Notes under the pieces: model-generated
Database searches by the model: none
Seen by the model: the letters and a program-made list of their open reading frames with translations, nothing else
Told to the model about the DNA's origin: nothing
Shown: positions 59,679 to 64,000 of the stretch, piece after piece
Numbering within the stretch: position 1 is the first letter of the stretch
How the letters are laid out: each line of letters starts with the position of its first letter
Made by a program: the position numbers and the translations under genes
Source of the DNA: Candidatus Binatia bacterium
GTDB taxonomy: Bacteria > Desulfobacterota > Binatia > UBA9968 > CAXXLF01
DNA length: 64,000 nucleotides
Assembly (NCBI GenBank): GCA_963664015.2
Contig: CAXXLF010000001.1
Span: forward strand, 832,001-896,000
Direction: 5' to 3'

Positions 59679-60629
59679 TTAACTGTCGTGGGAGGTCGAG
59701 AGAAAATTCCTTACGGCCTCCGAAATCTCGTTTCTCTCTGTTTCTGGATGAAACCAACGAATCTCAGGGTCCGACCTGAACCAGGTCAGTTGGCGCTTGG
59801 CAAGACGTCGCGTATCGCGTTTCATGAGGGCAAGGGCCTCCTCCTGGCTCTTCTTTCCGCGTAAATAGAGACCCACATGGCGGTAGCCGAGGCTTTGCAG
59901 AGGTTTCAGGTCCAGGCTATAACCCCGTGCAGCCAGGGCCTTCACCTCTTCGACGAGCCCGATAGCCATCATTTCGTCACATCGCCGATCGATGAGAGCG
60001 TAAAGCTCTTTTCGATCCCGATTGAGACCTACTTTTAAACTCTCGAAGCCGCTCTCCTTAAATCCATGCTCTTCCTGCCATCGGCTCATACCCTTACCGG
60101 TTTGGGAAAAGACCTCCAAGGCACGGAATATCCTCTGGCGATCATTGGGATGGATGGAAGCGGCGGCATCGGGATCGACTTGCTTCAGACGCTCAAAGAG
60201 GTGGCTGAGACCCAGTTCCTCCTCAGCTTTGCCGAGGCTCTTTCGAAATTCATCGGCTCTGCCGGGACCGGAAAACAGGCCATGAAGTAACGCCTTGATG
60301 TAAAGGCCGGTACCACCACAGACAATGACTTTCTTTCCCCGCGATCGAACATCGCCCTCGGCCTCCAGTGCCGATGCTCGAAACATCGCGACGTTGAATT
60401 CTTCGTCCAGGTCGACCAGATCGATTAGATGATGGCGTATCTTTTGCTTCGATTCGGCTCCCGGTTTTCCCGTCCCAATGTCCAAGCCACGGTATACCTG
60501 CTGGGAGTCAGCACTCAGGATCTCCCCGTCGACGCGTAACGCAACCTCTTCAGCAACCTGGCTCTTCCCCACCCCGGTGGGTCCCAAAATAACAATCAAG
60601 GGACGCTCCATGACAACTTGCCCGCTCAC
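59679..60629 (-). CDS. miaA: tRNA dimethylallyltransferase
   Basis: GPTGVGKS, ADSQQVYRGLDIGTGKP, GGTGLY, AKRQLTWF. Confidence 0.97.
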   Translation of the reverse strand: MSGQVVMERPLIVILGPTGVGKSQVAEEVALRVDGEILSADSQQVYRGLDIGTGKPGAESKQKIRHHLIDLVDLDEEFNVAMFRASALEAEGDVRSRGKKVIVCGGTGLYIKALLHGLFSGPGRADEFRKSLGKAEEELGLSHLFERLKQVDPDAAASIHPNDRQRIFRALEVFSQTGKGMSRWQEEHGFKESGFESLKVGLNRDRKELYALIDRRCDEMMAIGLVEEVKALAARGYSLDLKPLQSLGYRHVGLYLRGKKSQEEALALMKRDTRRLAKRQLTWFRSDPEIRWFHPETERNEISEAVRNFLSTSHDS

Positions 60630-60755
60630 CCCCCGACTAAGGCCTCGCCCTCTTCCACGTCTGGATGACTGACAGGAATGCCCGGGATAAGATCATTAGT
60701 GTTGGAACGGTGTGCAGTTCGTTACAGATGCAAGAGATAGGGTACCCCTCGCTCC

Positions 60756-62489
60756 TCATATTTTCTTGAACATTTTTTCCAGCTCAGGCTGGGAGAATTC
60801 GACAAATACGGGGCGACCATGGGGACACTGGGTGGCAAAATCGACCCCATCGAGCTCACCCAAGAGCGCATAAATCTCATCTCGTGTAAGCCGCCGATTG
60901 GCACGGATGACATTATGGCAGGCGATGGTCATTAATCGCTCCTTTAATTCGTGGCTGATCTCGGCAGATTTCCCGACTTCAGCCAGCTCCGCAACCATTC
61001 GACGCAGGACCTGACTCCAGTCACCGGCAGGGAACAGAGCCGGAACGGCCTTGATCGCGAAGGTGTTGCGCCCGAACGCTTCTACGGCGAAACCAACTTG
61101 ATTCATAGCCCCTAACCATTGTTCCAAAAGGACGGACTCGGATACCGGGAACTCCAGGACCTGGGGAATCAGTAGTTCCTGGCACTCGACCTTGCCCTGT
61201 TCGATCTGCAAACGCATCTTTTCAAAGGCCACACGTTCATGGGCCGCATGCTGATCGATCAATGCCATCCCCTCGTTGGATTGGCACACGATGTAACAGC
61301 CAAGGATCTGACCAAGAACATCCAGGGACGAGAAAAACCCCCGCCTCGTCCAATCTTCATGAGCCGGCGGCGCCTCAACCGAGTCCGCCTTGAACAGGGA
61401 CAGATTATTGGCCGCCAGGGGGCTCGAATAGATGAAAGGTCTCTCACGCACACCGGAAAACGGCTGACCGACACTCGGTCCGGTCTTTATCCCGGGCCTC
61501 TTGGCTTCTCTTTTAAGCCCGTTACAAACCGCCGCGACGACCGCCTCGTGCACCTCCCCCTGGCGCCTGAAGCGAACCTCTACCTTCGCCGGGTGTACAT
61601 TGACATCCACATCGCTGAAGGGGACGTCCAAAAAAAGCACGACCGCAGGATAACGTCCTTTCATCAACAGCGTTTCATAGCCCTGAAGAACGGCGTGGGT
61701 TAAAATCCGATCCCGAACGTAGCGCCGGTTAACAAAGCTCATGAGGTAACGGGAATTGGGAAAAGAACTCGGTGCCGCACTCAAATACCCGGAAATCCCG
61801 ATCTTCCCATCCTTCCAGGAGAAAGGTATCATCCCCCGCCCTATATCCGGCCCAAGGACTTGCTCCAAACGGTCTTGAAAACCCGGGGTTACAACGTAGT
61901 CAGAGAGCGTCCTTCCCCCATGGAAAAGCCGGAGATGGACCTTCTCGTGGGCTAACGCCATACGGTTGATGACGTCACTGATATGACTGAGCTCCGTCCC
62001 CGGGGATTTGAGAAACTTGCGTCGGGCCGGAATTTTGATAAAGAGATCCCGTACCTCTACGGTTGTCCCCACCGGACACCCAACCCTTGAAGGCTCCTCT
62101 CTCTTGCCTCCGTCCACCAACAGGCGGGATCCCATCTCCTCCTTCCGAGTTCGGGAGATAATCTCCATGCGAGACACGGACCCGATACTGGGAAGCGCCT
62201 CGCCCCGAAATCCCAGTGTCGAAATATTAAAGAGATCCTCGTCGTTTTTCAGTTTGCTGGTTGCATGGCTCTTAACCGCCATGGGCATATCTTCGAACGG
62301 AATCCCCTCGCCGTCGTCGGACACACGGATGAGTGAGGCCCCACTCGCCTCCACCCAGACGGATACCTCTTTGGCATCAGCATCAAGGGAGTTTTCCACC
62401 AACTCTTTAACCACCGAAGCGGGCCGCTCCACCACCTCGCCAGCTGCAATGCGACTAATCAGGCCATTGGGTAAAAGGACAATGCTCAT
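60756..62489 (-). CDS. mutL: DNA mismatch repair endonuclease MutL
   Basis: IAAGEVVERPASVVKEL, GFRGEAL, DVNVHP.K, DQHAAHER, ACH, CPHGRP. Confidence 0.98.
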   Translation of the reverse strand: MSIVLLPNGLISRIAAGEVVERPASVVKELVENSLDADAKEVSVWVEASGASLIRVSDDGEGIPFEDMPMAVKSHATSKLKNDEDLFNISTLGFRGEALPSIGSVSRMEIISRTRKEEMGSRLLVDGGKREEPSRVGCPVGTTVEVRDLFIKIPARRKFLKSPGTELSHISDVINRMALAHEKVHLRLFHGGRTLSDYVVTPGFQDRLEQVLGPDIGRGMIPFSWKDGKIGISGYLSAAPSSFPNSRYLMSFVNRRYVRDRILTHAVLQGYETLLMKGRYPAVVLFLDVPFSDVDVNVHPAKVEVRFRRQGEVHEAVVAAVCNGLKREAKRPGIKTGPSVGQPFSGVRERPFIYSSPLAANNLSLFKADSVEAPPAHEDWTRRGFFSSLDVLGQILGCYIVCQSNEGMALIDQHAAHERVAFEKMRLQIEQGKVECQELLIPQVLEFPVSESVLLEQWLGAMNQVGFAVEAFGRNTFAIKAVPALFPAGDWSQVLRRMVAELAEVGKSAEISHELKERLMTIACHNVIRANRRLTRDEIYALLGELDGVDFATQCPHGRPVFVEFSQPELEKMFKKI

Positions 62490-62709
62490 GATGGGCTCCT
62501 TTGACCCTCCCCATCCAGCTGGGCCAAAGATTGGAGATAATCTCGAAAGTTCATTGGATTATCGCAAAGCATATCCCTGGGTGCCTATCAGGTCAAGAAT
62601 AGCCCGGTATCCAAAAAGGTTCGGAATCAAGAGCCCGGCCGATTGGCCCATAAGAGTTGACGACGTTTCATTTTAAAAGTAAAAGGATAATTATCGCTAG
62701 GAGTACTCC

Positions 62710-63507
62710 ATGATGAAAAGGCTTTTAATCGAAACCCTTTTGCTCACTGGTCTCATTGGGGCCACTTGCTACAACGCAGCCGCGGTGGAACCCGAATCTG
62801 TAGAAGTGAAGGTTAAGAGGATTCTTCTTGATCCTTCGAGTAAGACCCCTGTCGTGTTGCTCGAGAGTCTCAAAAAACACAGATTCCTCCCAATTTGGAT
62901 AGGTAAACCGGAGGCCACATCCATCGCCTTAGAGTTAGAGCACGTGGACGTCCCACGGCCCAACACCCACGATCTGATCCGGAATATCGTGGAAGGTCTT
63001 GGCGCCCAGTTGCATCGGATCACCATTACCGACCTCAGAAACAATACCTATTTTGCTACCGTCACACTGGTTCTGGAAGGTCATGAATTCCAAATTGATT
63101 CCCGTCCCAGCGATGCCATCGCGGTCGCCCTGCGCATGGGCGCACCCATATACGCCTCGCCTGGGGTCCTGGACAAAGCGGGTCGGCTACCAAGCGCCTT
63201 GACGTCGGCTGACGGCGTACGGAAAATTTGGGGATTTGACATTCAGGATTTGACGGAAGAACTGGCCTCCTTTTTTGACCTCAAGGTGGAGGGAGGAGTT
63301 CTGGTAGCCCATGTGGAGCGCGATGGGACCGCTTCCAAAGCGGGTTTTCAGCGAGGCGACGTGATCACGAAAATAAACGGGGAAAAATGTCAGAATGTAC
63401 GGGATCTGGAGTCAATCATCGAGAAGACAAAGAAACCGATAAAATTAAATATGGTGATCAGGCGGAAGGGCAAGCCAGCAACTGTGGTCTTGCGCCTTCC
63501 ATCCTAA
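62710..63507 (+). CDS. DUF151 (bifunctional nuclease) domain fused to PDZ, with a signal-peptide-like N-terminus
   Basis: LPIWIG..EA..I, PRPNTHDL, IDSRPSDAIAVALR; GVLVAHV..GTASKAGFQRGDVITKING. Confidence 0.85.
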   Translation: MMKRLLIETLLLTGLIGATCYNAAAVEPESVEVKVKRILLDPSSKTPVVLLESLKKHRFLPIWIGKPEATSIALELEHVDVPRPNTHDLIRNIVEGLGAQLHRITITDLRNNTYFATVTLVLEGHEFQIDSRPSDAIAVALRMGAPIYASPGVLDKAGRLPSALTSADGVRKIWGFDIQDLTEELASFFDLKVEGGVLVAHVERDGTASKAGFQRGDVITKINGEKCQNVRDLESIIEKTKKPIKLNMVIRRKGKPATVVLRLPS

Positions 63508-63537
63508 TTACTTTACTGCGTTCGACGAGCCGTTGTT

Positions 63538-64000
63538 TTAAACCTTCCCATTACTGCTGAAGAGGACCTTTCCCCACTTTTTCAATGTTCTCTCGAGATC
63601 CTCAGGACTTGAGGCTGCCACCTTGGGGAAGTCCTTGATCCATTCGAAGGGACGGCAAGCATCGATAATAGCCCTCGAATTGAAGCCTTTCTGACTGGGA
63701 TGGATGATCGGATCCAGAGGTCCGCTCCAGCAACGCCGAATGATATCGATATCCTGGACTGGGTCCGAACGCGACGACATGGCCCAGATCACCTCATCCG
63801 TATTGGTTGGATCGATATCCTCATCAACCACAATGACATAGCGTCCCAGGTACGCCCCCGCATGGCATTGGGAGGCCACCAGCGCAGCCTGCTTGGCATG
63901 GCCCGGATATCTCTGCTTGATGGAGACCACAAGAACCAGGCGGCTACCGCCGGAAACCATCAGCCAAACCCCTTTCACATCCGGTATACCAGCCTTCTCC
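63538..64000 (-). CDS. UbiD-family decarboxylase, 3' part (runs off the window)
   Basis: SIKQRYPGHAKQ, YVIVVDEDIDP, VIWAMSSR.DP, PLDP, IIDACRP. Confidence 0.88.
   Translation of the reverse strand, partial: EKAGIPDVKGVWLMVSGGSRLVLVVSIKQRYPGHAKQAALVASQCHAGAYLGRYVIVVDEDIDPTNTDEVIWAMSSRSDPVQDIDIIRRCWSGPLDPIIHPSQKGFNSRAIIDACRPFEWIKDFPKVAASSPEDLERTLKKWGKVLFSSNGKV

Noticed and set aside
1-64000. CRISPR array, rRNA, tRNA or intact transposase
   Set aside because: No regularly spaced direct repeats or recognisable RNA-gene or transposase motifs seen by eye; a tool scan could still find short elements.

Overview
Bacterial chromosomal window, moderately GC-rich. Gene order and the expanded UbiD, MmgE/PrpD and solute-binding families suggest a deltaproteobacterium, possibly Candidatus Binatia (inference only). 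It holds intact core blocks: cysS; ygfZ-gap; MerR-mutS-amidase-glnD-xerD-S2P-trpS-scpAB-rluB; pheA-hisC-aroF-tyrA-aroA-cmk-rpsA-sppA-ihfB; mutL-miaA. These are interleaved with catabolic and accessory genes, about a dozen of them visibly decaying. Signals the ORF track does not explain: (1) a peroxiredoxin whose catalytic Cys codon is an in-frame TGA followed by a SECIS-like hairpin, about 3 kb from a LysR regulator plus PhnDCEE-like transporter resembling the selenium-associated subfamilies; (2) a relic integron with a decayed intI 3' end co-oriented with the array, two attC sites and one complete cassette whose ORF has an in-frame TGA in a U-x-x-C context; (3) a MerR-type regulator with its own palindromic operator directly upstream of mutS; (4) a broken aroF inside an otherwise intact aromatic amino acid operon. 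No rRNA, tRNA or CRISPR array was recognised.
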